From: Camelus ferus | Lineage: Eukaryota | Direction: 5' to 3' | Length of the DNA stretch: 64,000 nucleotides | Assembly (NCBI RefSeq): GCF_009834535.1 | Contig: NC_045697.1 | Location: 62,188,001-62,252,000, forward strand | In this document: piece after piece, positions 52,151-64,000 of the stretch | Layout of the letters: the number at the start of each line of letters is the position of its first letter | How positions within the stretch are numbered: position 1 is the first letter of the stretch | Translations under genes and position numbers: made by a program | Notes under the pieces: generated by a model | The model's database searches: none | The model's input: the letters and a program-made list of their open reading frames with translations, nothing else | Told to the model about the DNA's origin: nothing

Positions 52151-52857
52151 ATGTAGTTTGCCTTTTTAAATGAGAGAAATTAGGACAGTATTCACTACTG
52201 GCCTCAACCCAAGGAAACTGAATTTCTTCTTACTCCATCTTTCTGAATCCCTTCATGACACACACAGGGATAGGCAGCAAGTTTTGTCATAACAATGACA
52301 GCAGCATGTATTTGAAAGGCATTTTTGCTCTCAGGTCTTTAGTAAATCATTTGATGAACTCTTAGCCGTCAGGACTAAGTAATGGTATTGGCTGTGGACT
52401 CATCCTGTTATTTCCCATTGATGAGACTGTTGTAGGAAGAGCTCCAGGAGTTGGGCTCTTACCCAAGGTCCCAAGTATCAGACCTAGCACTGGGTGATAG
52501 TTTGTCAAACATGGCGTACGGCAACCAAGTGCCAGCCTTGAGAAGCAGAATTTACAAGGGCTTGTGTGAAGGATGGTAGCCAGTGGCAGGAAATTATGAC
52601 AATTTGTATTTCCCAAGCATGCAGAAAAATGTATTAATTTAAAATACATAAACCTAGAGGGAAACTGATAGGAATAAGTAAAAGAGAATTTATATTTTAC
52701 ATACATATTCAGGAAAGGGTAACATGGAAATGGTTAGGTTTAATCCAGTTAGAAAGTCTGATGTATGCCCTATGCAATTCTAGGAATGTTAGCCACTTCC
52801 AAGTTGATGGTTCAGTGCAGAGAACTCACACTCCCCCTCCCCCTTTTTTTTTTGCAG

Positions 52858-52974
52858 GTAAAAAGGGGTCACTATGGAGTTCAAAGGACAGAACTCCTGC
52901 CTGGTGACCGAGACAACCTGGCCATTCAGACCCGGGGTGGCCCAGAAAAGCATGAAGTAACTGGCTGGGTGCTG
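52858..52974 (+). CDS. IGFBP7: IGFBP7 exon 3 (117 nt): VKRGHYGVQRTELLPGDRDNLAIQTRGGPEKHEVTGWVL
   Basis: Long pyrimidine tract then gcag|GTA, donor CTG|gtgagt. Lies within track ORF 52765..53010. Confidence 0.97.
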
Positions 52975-53640
52975 GTGAGTGCCAAGAGCTGCCAAGGATT
53001 TCACTCTTAGGATTAGACACAGCGAACTTGGCAACAAGGTGCCTGATGTACTGCCAAGGCTAAAAGAATTTGCCCTTCCACAGCTCTTTGGACTAGCCCT
53101 ACCTGTTCTCTTTCAGAGGAAACTTACTTAAAAAAAACAGACAGACAAAAAAAGCTGGAGTCTACTGGATGTTTTGGAAACAGCCATAAAATAAAAAAGA
53201 ACCAGTTTGTTTTTTTTTTTTAAACCTATGAGTTCAAAGCAAAATCCTCACAGGGAACTAAATAACCCAAACATTATTTTAATCAATTATTAATAGTTAC
53301 TTTATTTTACCTGACCTTTGATAGTCATGGACATGCATGGATAGTACTTAGATCGTATACCCTTATCCCCAAGGTCTCCCTCAAACTGACATGTGCACCT
53401 GTCCAGTTTTTAACCTATGCAGTGTGATTGATCTAAAGTTGTCCATGACTTTTCCTCATAGTAGGAATCTTCCTGGCAGACCAAATACTCCTACCACAGG
53501 ATTTACACTATTTCTAGCAGTATCTTTGCCATAAGTCCCCTGGTCATCTTAGGCAACTTACAAAATAATGACCTAACTGAAGCCACTGGAAAAAGATGAC
53601 GGCCATAGAGAAACTAAAGATCCTTTTTTTCCCCCCACAG

Positions 53641-53767
53641 GTATCTCCTCTTAGTAAGGAAGATGCTGGAGAATATGAGTGCCATGCATCCAATAGCCAA
53701 GGACAGGCTTCAGCATCAGCAAAAATTACAGTGGTTGATGCCTTACATGAAATACCAGTGAAAAAAG
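53641..53767 (+). CDS. IGFBP7: IGFBP7 exon 4 (127 nt): VSPLSKEDAGEYECHASNSQGQASASAKITVVDALHEIPVKK(G)
   Basis: Acceptor ccccacag|GTA, donor AAG|gtaggt. Contains the Ig F-strand motif D-x-G-x-Y-x-C. Confidence 0.97.
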
Positions 53768-54846
53768 GTAGGTAATAAATCTCACAACCATTTAAAAATG
53801 ACTAGTGCTTTGTTTAATAAGGGACAGAACCAAGTATGAAAGTATCAGACATCGCTCTTAATGAAATTCTATGTTAGGAATCCACAAGGGAAGGACATTA
53901 AGTATGTAACCAAAATGTAGAGTGCACGACTCCAAAAGAACATTCGCTGGTCGACGGAATGCTATTATTATGACTTCGACGCTTTCACTCTATCTTACAA
54001 GTATGAGTCAAAACTCAAACCAATTGGAATGGTTTATATTTCCCGTAACTTTCTGTCTTCATAGCATTTTCCTTGGTGTTGTGACCCTTAAATTTCCATT
54101 TAAAAAAGAAATGATTGTAGGCAATTCTGGTCCTTCACTTTGAGCTTTTAATAAGAAAAAGCCAGAAAGAGTATATTGGCAAGTACCCAAGTCTGTTCTG
54201 CCTCTATCCACTTCACTGTCAAAAGCTCCCTCTTAAGCACCCATCCCGGTGGTGTCAGAGTAATGCTACTTTACATTTATATAGTTCTACTAGACTGATG
54301 TCTGAATTGGTTTTCCCTTAAGCCAAAAATAAGAACAAAATTTATTGCCAGCATTTGTCAAAACCATTTCCACTGTGTGGATCACAGCTGTGGTATGAAA
54401 GGAAGAAATGTCAAGTAAAGATATGTTTGGTCAGATTCTTTTCAGCCCAGATGTGTAAAGCCAAGTGATGAAACAAACAGAGCAGTAGCTAAGAGTTGTC
54501 TGAGTCTAAGCTCTGCCACTAATTATTCCACTTTAAATTTGGAATGAGTAAGGAAGTTCCTTAGCACTAGATCTCACCTTGCTCGTTTGTGAAACGTGCT
54601 TCTCCCAGTTCTGTAGTAAGGTCCATCTCTTACACGCAGACCAGTACAACAAAATCACCTCCACATCTAACACCGTACAGCTCAAAGAGCAAGCACTGCA
54701 CCAGATCATGTGTACAGTTACTCACACATCCTTTATCTCCACATTTTAACATCATCATTTACTTGAAAACGCTAAACTACATCAAATTTTAAAAGTCAAC
54801 CATGTCCATATATGTAACTAATTATCTTTTTTTTTAAAATAAACAG

Positions 54847-54866
54847 GTGAAGGTGCTGAGCTGTAA
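54847..54866 (+). CDS. IGFBP7: IGFBP7 exon 5, coding part: (G)EGAEL*
   Basis: aaacag|GT GAA GGT GCT GAG CTG TAA. Phase matches exon 4 and gives the known IGFBP7 C-terminus. Confidence 0.94.
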
Positions 54867-55040
54867 GCCTGCGGAATATATTAGCTTGCATAGCTGAAGT
54901 AGTCACGGATCACTCCAGCCCATGTTCTTGCCTAGTAACCAGTTTCTTTTCATCCAGTCCACTAGTACTTTAGTTATATTCACTGGTTTTACACAGTGAA
55001 ATAGAAAGTAAAGATAACACATCAAGACTATCTACAAAAA

Positions 55041-55046
55041 TTTATT
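55041..55046 (-). terminator. POLR2B: POLR2B polyadenylation signal AATAAA (tttatt on +)
   Basis: About 155 nt after the stop codon. On the minus strand it is followed by a GU/U-rich tract (tgtgttatctttactttctattt) and preceded by a TGTA at 55054-55057. Confidence 0.78.
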
Positions 55047-55092
55047 TCCTATTTACAAAAGAAGAAGAGCATGCTTATCATTAAACAAAACA

Positions 55093-55098
55093 AATAAA
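55093..55098 (+). terminator. IGFBP7: IGFBP7 polyadenylation signal AATAAA (ATTAAA also at 55080-55085)
   Basis: First AATAAA I found after the stop, about 230 nt downstream. Followed by CA dinucleotides near 55109-55117 and a U-rich tract at 55123-55136. Confidence 0.8.
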
Positions 55099-55200
55099 CT
55101 GCTTTTCTCACAAGGCAGTACATTTTTGTTATTTTTAAATCCTTTTTAAAAGCCACATCATAGAAACAAAACACAAAAGACCCAAAGATTTTTAGAAGAG

Positions 55201-55320
<120 letters not shown>

Positions 55321-55774
55321 TTAGCAAAGCTGTAATGAAGTGAGCCCGCTTCCTACCCCAGGAAAAGCTAAAGACTTGGTACTGGACATGAATAAGTCAG
55401 TGGGCTGGTTAACACTCATCCTGCTACCTTGGCCTTTAGTGGTTCTTTCTCCTAACAGGCTTTGGTATTTCACCCTTTTCTGCCAGACAACTTATATTCA
55501 CCCTTCTAAATTAAAAGGTTTAGAAAAAAAAAAAACTAATTGTTAAAATTCCTTGTACAAAGCCTTATTACTTCCAAAAGATGAACAGCTTAGAGAAATT
55601 ACTACAGTAAAATTTAAAGTGGTTTTTAGAAAAATCAAATTATCTTTTACCTCATTTAAAACTAGGAATCTTATAGAAGCATGCTATGAAAATTGTGAAA
55701 ACGGCAGTTTGTTCCACTACACTAAACCTGCCTAGATGATTAGACCAGCGTGGTTATATCTTGAACAAATATCA

Positions 55775-56107
<333 letters not shown>

Positions 56108-56193
56108 CTAACTTATATACCCTTGCATTCTCTCTACATGGTGGGAAGGTTGAGAAGTCTGCCAACTATTTGATGTGCATTAGAAGGTCCCCA

Positions 56194-56332
56194 GGAGGGA
56201 GGGCACAGCTCAAGTGGTAGAGAGCATGCTTAGTGTGCATGAGGTCCTGGGTTCAATACCCAATACCTACTCTAAAAATAAAGAAATAAACCTAATTACC
56301 TCCCTCTCTAGGGGAAAAAAAAAAAAAAAAAA
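56194..56332 (+). mobile_element. tRNA-Ala-derived SINE (Vic-1-like) in POLR2B intron 23
   Basis: gggagggcacagctcaagtggtagagagcatgcttag...gaggtcctgggttcaat, body aaacctaattacctccc, poly(A) tail. Confidence 0.9.
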
Positions 56333-57337
56333 GTCCTCTGAGTAAACACACACATTAGAATCTCAAGTACAGCATATAGTTTTCCTCATAAAACACAATA
56401 CAGAGTAGAGTCTCTTCAAACTATCATTTAACTTACTAGAATTCAATCTAAATAAAGCAGCTTTTCCATGAATGAGTCTCCCAGGCAATCAAGCCTGATA
56501 TGATAAATGCATGTTGGCAAACGTAATGGAAAGAACAGGTTTTCCCAGCATGGAAGTGAAATGAAATGCATTGTTCAGATGGATGGTGATGGCTTCCTTA
56601 ACATTCTTAATATTACAGACTACATAAGATAACTGAGCTTTTCCTAATATTACCAAAAACAAATCACTGGTCAACTTTGGAGGATACTAGGCAACCAACA
56701 CAACATTTTGAAAACTGGTAAATAAAAGGAAAGAAGCATTTATCTTGTCTTTTACTATATGAACTATGTCACCAGGTAACCAGTAGAGGAAAAAAAAAGT
56801 TTCTCTGAAAGTATTCCAACTAATTCATGAAAAAGGAATGATAAAATTAGAATCTCATCTGTTTGCAATTCCTATTTAATTAAGGGTTTTAGGTAACAAT
56901 CATTAATAGCTGCTAAAGTCATAAGAGAGACAACTAGATATTGAAAGTATACAACACTGCCTTTGAAGTATTGCTGTGAAAGAACACAAACCCTTCCTCT
57001 CATCAAGGCTCTAGCTATTTACAGGAAAAATAGAAACACACAGCCCAGGAATGCAGTCAACAAAATCCAGACTAAGAAATCCTCCAGGACCAACAATTCA
57101 GTTTAGTCAACAAATAATCTGCAGGGGAAAAAAGTTCGAGGGCAATTTATAGATTAAAAAAAAAACAAAAACAAAAAACTTGAGATGTATCAATCAATTA
57201 TAAAGCATGGACCTTATTTGTATCCTGATTAAAACCAACAAACTAAAAAATTATGTAATTGTCAGGGAAATTTGAACACTGAATATTTAATAATATTAAG
57301 GAGGTACTGTGATTAATTTTTATCCTATTTTTTAAAG

Positions 57338-58713
57338 CATGGGTTCTCAAACTGTAGTCTGTGGACTCCATGAGGATGAAAACTATTCTTATAATAATAC
57401 TAACAACATATTTGCTTCTTCCACTGTGTTGACATCTGCACTGATGGTTACAAAAGTAACTGAATAAAACTGCTGGCACCTGAATACATGGAGGTGGTAG
57501 AACTAAACTTTACTAGCAGTCATATTCTCCACCGTGAGTGAAAGGGGAGAAAGCCAGTTTTACTTAAGAATGACATTAATGAAGCAGTGAAAATGATTAG
57601 TTTTAATTAACTGACCCTTGAGTATACATCTTTTTAAATATTCTATGATAAAATGGGAAGTTAAAGGATTTCTGTTCTATAGTGAAGATTGTGGTCTTGA
57701 AGAAAAGCACTTGCACAATTCTGAACTAGTCACTTTTATTGTGGAATATCTTTTTCACCTGAAAAAAGAACTGACACCAATTATGTTAACCTACCAACAT
57801 TAGCACTATGTTAATTTATACTTAGATACCTGGCAAACTTTTTTTTGAAAATGAACAAGGTGAGATTTTCACTTTAAGGAAAACAATTTTAAGTATCTGT
57901 TGAAAATGATTAAAAATTTGAATTTTTGATCAAAAGTCAGAATTTTAGAAGACCTCTATCTGACGCTATAGGCTTGAAAGCTTCCCAATATTTAAAAGAC
58001 TTTTCTGATGACACGGCAGTGATATTCACAAATGTGACTTTTTTTGGTATAATGAAATATGTCAACATTTAAAAATTTACATAATTGAATGAACCAGTAT
58101 TTTCCAAATGACCAATTACGATACTACAAAATAAAAGATAATATATTAAAAGTATAAGACAGGCCAATGGATTTTAATAAAAAAGATTCACTTAAGTAGT
58201 TTCAGAGTCTACATCACAACTAACCTTTAAAAAAATAAAACTTTTGGTGTAGCATCAAAAAAAATCCACAATCACCTGAAAATTATTAAAATATGCTTCC
58301 CTTTCCAACCACATATCTCCGTGAGGTCCAGTTTTTCTCATATGCTTAAATAAAATAATAAAATACTGCAATGGGATGAATGCAGAAACAGACCCAAGAA
58401 TCCACTTTCTTCTCACAAACTAGCTCATTAAAAATATTTGCAAAAAGGTAAACCAATGTCACTCATCACTAAATTTATTTGGAAAATATTTTTCCTTTAG
58501 AATGTTATTTATGTACAAGAATCATATCACAATAAAGGTGTTTAAAAAGAAAGAATGTTATTATGTTAATATATAATGGGCTTACTGTTTTTTTTTAAAT
58601 AAATATTTTAAGTCTTCCTCAGTTTTAATTTCTAACAGGATAAATATCAAAAAGTACAATTCACGTAGACAAAAAGCTCTTTGGGGCCCTGGAATCTTGA
58701 AGTATGAGAACCA
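57338..58713. mobile_element. Charlie1-like hAT DNA transposon remnant (~1.4 kb)
   Basis: Termini ggttctcaaact / agtatgagaacc; internal gtgttgacatctgcactgatggt and cttgaaagcttcccaatatttaaaagacttttctgatga match Charlie1 as I recall it. Confidence 0.8.
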
Positions 58714-58748
58714 TCCTTGTATACAACAATGATGATGCAGCTCTCTTA

Positions 58749-59260
<512 letters not shown>

Positions 59261-59325
59261 AAGAATGGAATCACACACATACAAAAAAGAATACACATAA
59301 ATTACTAATTTAAAAGTACACATAC

Positions 59326-59439
59326 CTCATTTCCTCTGAGATGGTAGCCATAATCAGATAAAAGATTAGAAATCTTCTGCACATTAACAGCATCATTAAA
59401 TGGAGTGGCATCACCAATTTCACCCTTGTTAGCTGATAC
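59326..59439 (-). CDS. POLR2B: POLR2B exon 22 (114 nt): [38 protein letters not shown]
   Basis: tttttaag|GTA ... GAG|gtatgt; manual translation, phase 0 at both ends. Confidence 0.96.
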
Positions 59440-59475
59440 CTTAAAAAAAAAGTAGTCTTTAAGATGCTGCTTCCT

Positions 59476-59660
59476 GGGGGAGGGTACAGCTCAGTGGTAG
59501 AGTGCGTGCTTAGCATGCACGAGGTCCTGGGTTCAATCCCTAGTGCCTTTGTGAGAATAAATAAATAAATAAACCTAATTACCTCCCCCCTAAAAAATAA
59601 ATAAAAATAAAAATAAAAATAAAAATAAAATAAAATAAAATAAAATAAAATAAAATAAAA
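59476..59660 (+). mobile_element. Young tRNA-Ala-derived SINE (Vic-1-like) in POLR2B intron 21
   Basis: Near-consensus head with CpGs intact, long (TAAAA)n tail, TSD TGCTTCCT at 59468-59475 and 59661-59668. Confidence 0.92.
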
Positions 59661-60341
59661 TGCTTCCTTCTGTCTCCCTTTAGAAATCTATGTCAATAAA
59701 AATTCAGTTTTTAAAAAGTCCTTTCTAGGAAAGGGGACATTCTGAACTTAAGATTAAGAATTAAATATATGTTATAGAAAGTTGTAATATATTAAGGTTC
59801 ATTCTATTAGCATCTTACATAAAATGTTTATAACAAACTTCTTTACCTAAAAAAATAAAAACAACTCAATCATAAGCCTTCAAATAAGAAGCTCTCTGAG
59901 GCCAGATACAAAAAGAATGAGACTTCCAATGACTCAAGGAAAATGACATTTTCATGCCCTAAAACCAAGCTGTCCATATAGCTGTAGTCATTCTACCTTA
60001 ACAAGATACTTAAAAATAGAAAATCTCCACTGAAAGATACACACATAGCTAACAGTGTAAATAAAATGATTAGGTTCACGCTGAACTAACCACCAAAGAA
60101 TTATTAACTCTTCATTTATAGAAAACAATCAGTCAAAATAATAAAGACTGGATATAGTAAATTTTACAGAAATTCTGACTTAGTCAGAACTTTGCATATT
60201 TTTGCAAAACAAAAATAAAAACACTAATAATTTAAAAGCAAGAAAGTATCATACTGGCTTTTTCCAAAGTACCCTGGCTCAAATATGAAAGAAATCACCT
60301 AAAATTTTGGAATAAATATGAATTTTGAACCTATCTTTTTA

Positions 60342-60464
<123 letters not shown>

Positions 60465-60617
60465 CTATAAAGGAATTTTTTAAAAGACTTAAAAAAAAAA
60501 AGTTAAATCTCTTAACTACAGAACTAGAACCCACTCCTAATCTGAACTCTTCCATCTCCTAAATTCTGTTCAACATATTATGTTCATATACTTAGTCAAC
60601 ACTAAAATTAAAGGTCA

Positions 60618-60815
<198 letters not shown>

Positions 60816-60862
60816 TCATACAAAATTAGGTTAGTTAAGTTGATCTGGTTTGCTTTCTATTA

Positions 60863-61171
<309 letters not shown>

Positions 61172-62114
61172 CTATGATAAAAAGTATTTTAAATGTCACA
61201 TTATCCCCCCAAAATAGATTAAAAACCAAATACATAAATCAGTTCCAAGTCAGACAGAAGTTCACAGGAATCTCCAACGTGTAGTAATGTGCCCTTATTC
61301 CAAATTACAAACTATTCTGAAGTCTAAAAAAGCACTGGACCGAGCACTGGAAAATCATATTCTCCATTTGCTAAGTGACTTTGGGTAAGTGTGTTGCCAT
61401 CTTCTTTCTGATCTCTCAATTACATGAGGAAGAGTACCTGTCCTCTACATACAATCTCTCACAGAAATTCTGGATTTCTTTTTATACAATCTTAACTCCA
61501 CTGGACATCAATTCACTACTACATAGAACCACCCATAGGAAATGGAGTAATAAGAAGATGCCTAAGAAAACAAAACACATTTTACTTCATAAAATACTAT
61601 TAAGGGTTAAAACTGTAGCAAGGATACCCCATTTCCTGGGACATCCCATCCATCCCACTGTATACAGCTTCTAAGTGTCTGTAAAAATAGTAACTAGAAA
61701 ATAAGTTTGAGTTTTCCAGAAGAAACAAAAAGTACTAGGTATCCTCTTATTTATTAAACATTTATAAAATATTCCAGCTAGACAAATACTATGGTCACAC
61801 CACAGTGTGAAGAGGGGAAGTTCCTATGCAAATACATAAACTGAGGGACAGGACACAGCACAAGCGAGAATGGGGGCTGAGGTGTGTCCCATGAAATTAC
61901 ATGACCTCTCCGATTTCCTAAATCCCCTCCTCAATGCAGGACCTAGCAGTATGGAAGGACTATAGCAAGCCACTTCTGGATGCAAAGACTTGGCAAACAC
62001 ATTATTTCCTTAAAAATGAGGTCTAGGAATGATAAGGAAATAAACTCCCACATGGCAAAAAAAGAAAACCATGGTAAGTTAACTTCGAATTCCATAATTT
62101 AAATGTCAATATCA

Positions 62115-62243
<129 letters not shown>

Positions 62244-62828
62244 CTATTTTCCTTTAATAATAGGGCTTAGAATATACCAATAATTTTTACTTAGTATCCG
62301 GTAGGCAGTGTAAACCATGAATCTAGGACAGGAGTTAACTGTATTAAGGGTCAAAGTTAAGTCCTAAGAACTATTACACAGGCCACACATGTAATATTTG
62401 ACCCATAACCTTAAACACAGCTGGAATTATATGTGAGAGTCCAACCTCCTACCCAAAACAAGAATCCCTTCCACAATAACCTTCAGACATAATCACCCAG
62501 GATCCGCTCCAATATTTCTAATGATAAGCTTATGATATTAAGGTATAACATGAACCTCTGGTCTTAGTGCTATCCTCTGAAACTATACAGGGGGAAAAAA
62601 AAAGCCACCCTCTCTTCTAAATTCCCAGTCTTTTAACCAATTTTCATATGCCTTGGATTTGAGATTAATGTCTGACAGTAAAATAATCAAACAGAAGCCT
62701 AACAAAAGATTGAAAAAGAAAGTATATTATAATTTTAACAGTAGTTATCTATAGGCCCTAAAACTATAGGTTTACTTTTTATTTCTTCTTTAGACATTTC
62801 TATATTATTGAAATGCAAACATGTATTT

Positions 62829-63017
62829 TTTTTTAACTGATGTATATGTAGTCAGTTTAAGATGTTGTGTCTATTTCTGGTGTATAGCATGTTTCAATCA
62901 TCCATACACATACATGTATTCTTTTTCATATTTTTTCATTATAGTTTACTACAAGATATTGAATATTGTTCCCTGTGCCATACAGTAGAAACTTGTTTAT
63001 CCATTTTATATATAGTA
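62829..63017 (-). mobile_element. Severely 5'-truncated L1 (terminal 3' UTR only)
   Basis: Homologous to the L1 3' end at ~44020-44218; perfect 13-bp TSD CAAACATGTATTT at 62816-62828 and 63018-63030. Confidence 0.9.
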
Positions 63018-63352
63018 CAAACATGTATTTACTTACAAAAAGGGGGGCTAAAAACATTAGTACCTGAAAATCACGAGATCAACAGCAGTTGTTTGTGACC
63101 ATCAACTAGGCCTTCTACTTGCTGGAGTAGGGCATTGATTTCATCACACTAAACCCTATACAGGCAACCATACAGCAACATATGCCTGCCAGATATCCAT
63201 AAAGTTTCATGAATGGAGGCAGAAGATTAAATATCTTAACAGAAAAATTTCTCTACTGTCAGATCAAAATTTCTTCCAGCCTAACATTCAAAACAACCAA
63301 AAAGTCTGGACACACACAAGTCAAACTATTTTTAAACAACTTTTTTTGATTA

Positions 63353-63583
<231 letters not shown>

Positions 63584-64000
63584 TCATATTTGCCATAGAT
63601 GTTTCTCCATGGTAACTGTCAAGGTCTACTCTTAGAATAACTATCTGTGAGACAACTACCCTGGTGGCCTATTGTCTAATATAAGCAAATTCTAATAATA
63701 GTCATTCCCAATAGTATTCATTTTTATAATCAGTAATTATATATACAAGTCACCTCATATATACAAAGTACCTCCCCCACCCAAGTTTCAATGATTCTCA
63801 CAGCAACCCTATGCCATAAACAAGGTAAATATTATTATTTTCACTATCAGAAAGCTCTAATAAAAAACTTCTCCATGATCCCAAAGTTAATAAGCAATAA
63901 GCTCAAGCCCCAGCTCCTTGTCTCCTGATTTCTGATTCTAGGTCGGGTACTGCCCTGTTCCTCTTCCTAGCCTTGCTCTGCTCCTAGATCCTCTACTTAT

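Larger units (their letters stand above)
1..55115 (+). other. IGFBP7: IGFBP7 gene, partial (distal intron 1 through last exon; exon 1 is upstream of the window)
   Basis: Four GT-AG exons splice in frame to GPSIVTPPKDIWNVSGAQVYLSCEV...HEIPVKKGEGAEL*, the Ig-like C-terminal half of IGFBP7. Tail-to-tail synteny with POLR2B matches the known mammalian locus. The 3' end is estimated from AATAAA at 55093. Confidence 0.96.

Noticed and set aside
59310..59516. 68-aa ORF starting in the SINE and crossing POLR2B exon 22
   Set aside because: Out of frame with RPB2; a by-product of the SINE-exon juxtaposition.
60173..60189. Short inverted repeats (ttctgact-t-agtcagaa; similar 8-9 bp stems near 22039, 36079 and 51815)
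   Set aside because: Stems this short are expected several times by chance in 64 kb and lack supporting context.

Overview
Mammalian genomic DNA, most likely a camelid: it carries five tRNA-Ala-derived Vic-1-type SINEs, and I saw no Alu, Bov-A/Bov-B or PRE-1. Two genes meet tail-to-tail. On the + strand is IGFBP7: bases 1-45592 are the distal part of its long intron 1 (exon 1 is outside the window), then exons 2-5 at 45593-45702, 52858-52974, 53641-53767 and 54847-~55115. On the - strand are the last nine exons of POLR2B (RNA polymerase II subunit RPB2, 63504 down to ~55020), all GT-AG and in frame. The two 3' UTRs appear to overlap by about 90 nt. The rest is repeat-rich intron: L1s (several with target-site duplications), MIR/L2, a solo ERV1-class LTR, MaLR remnants, and MER44, MER20, MER58 and Charlie1 DNA transposons. 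Nearly all ORFs in the supplied track are spurious or L1 ORF2 remnants. I found no evidence of a new multi-gene system. The best leads are the interlocked poly(A) sites, two routes to a truncated IGFBP7 C-terminus (KKGR*), an inverted L1 pair bracketing exon 2, two L1 insertions carrying non-L1 3' cargo, a local ~160-180 bp duplication, and perfect palindromes in intron 1. Repeat family names and exon numbers are from memory and were not checked against a database.
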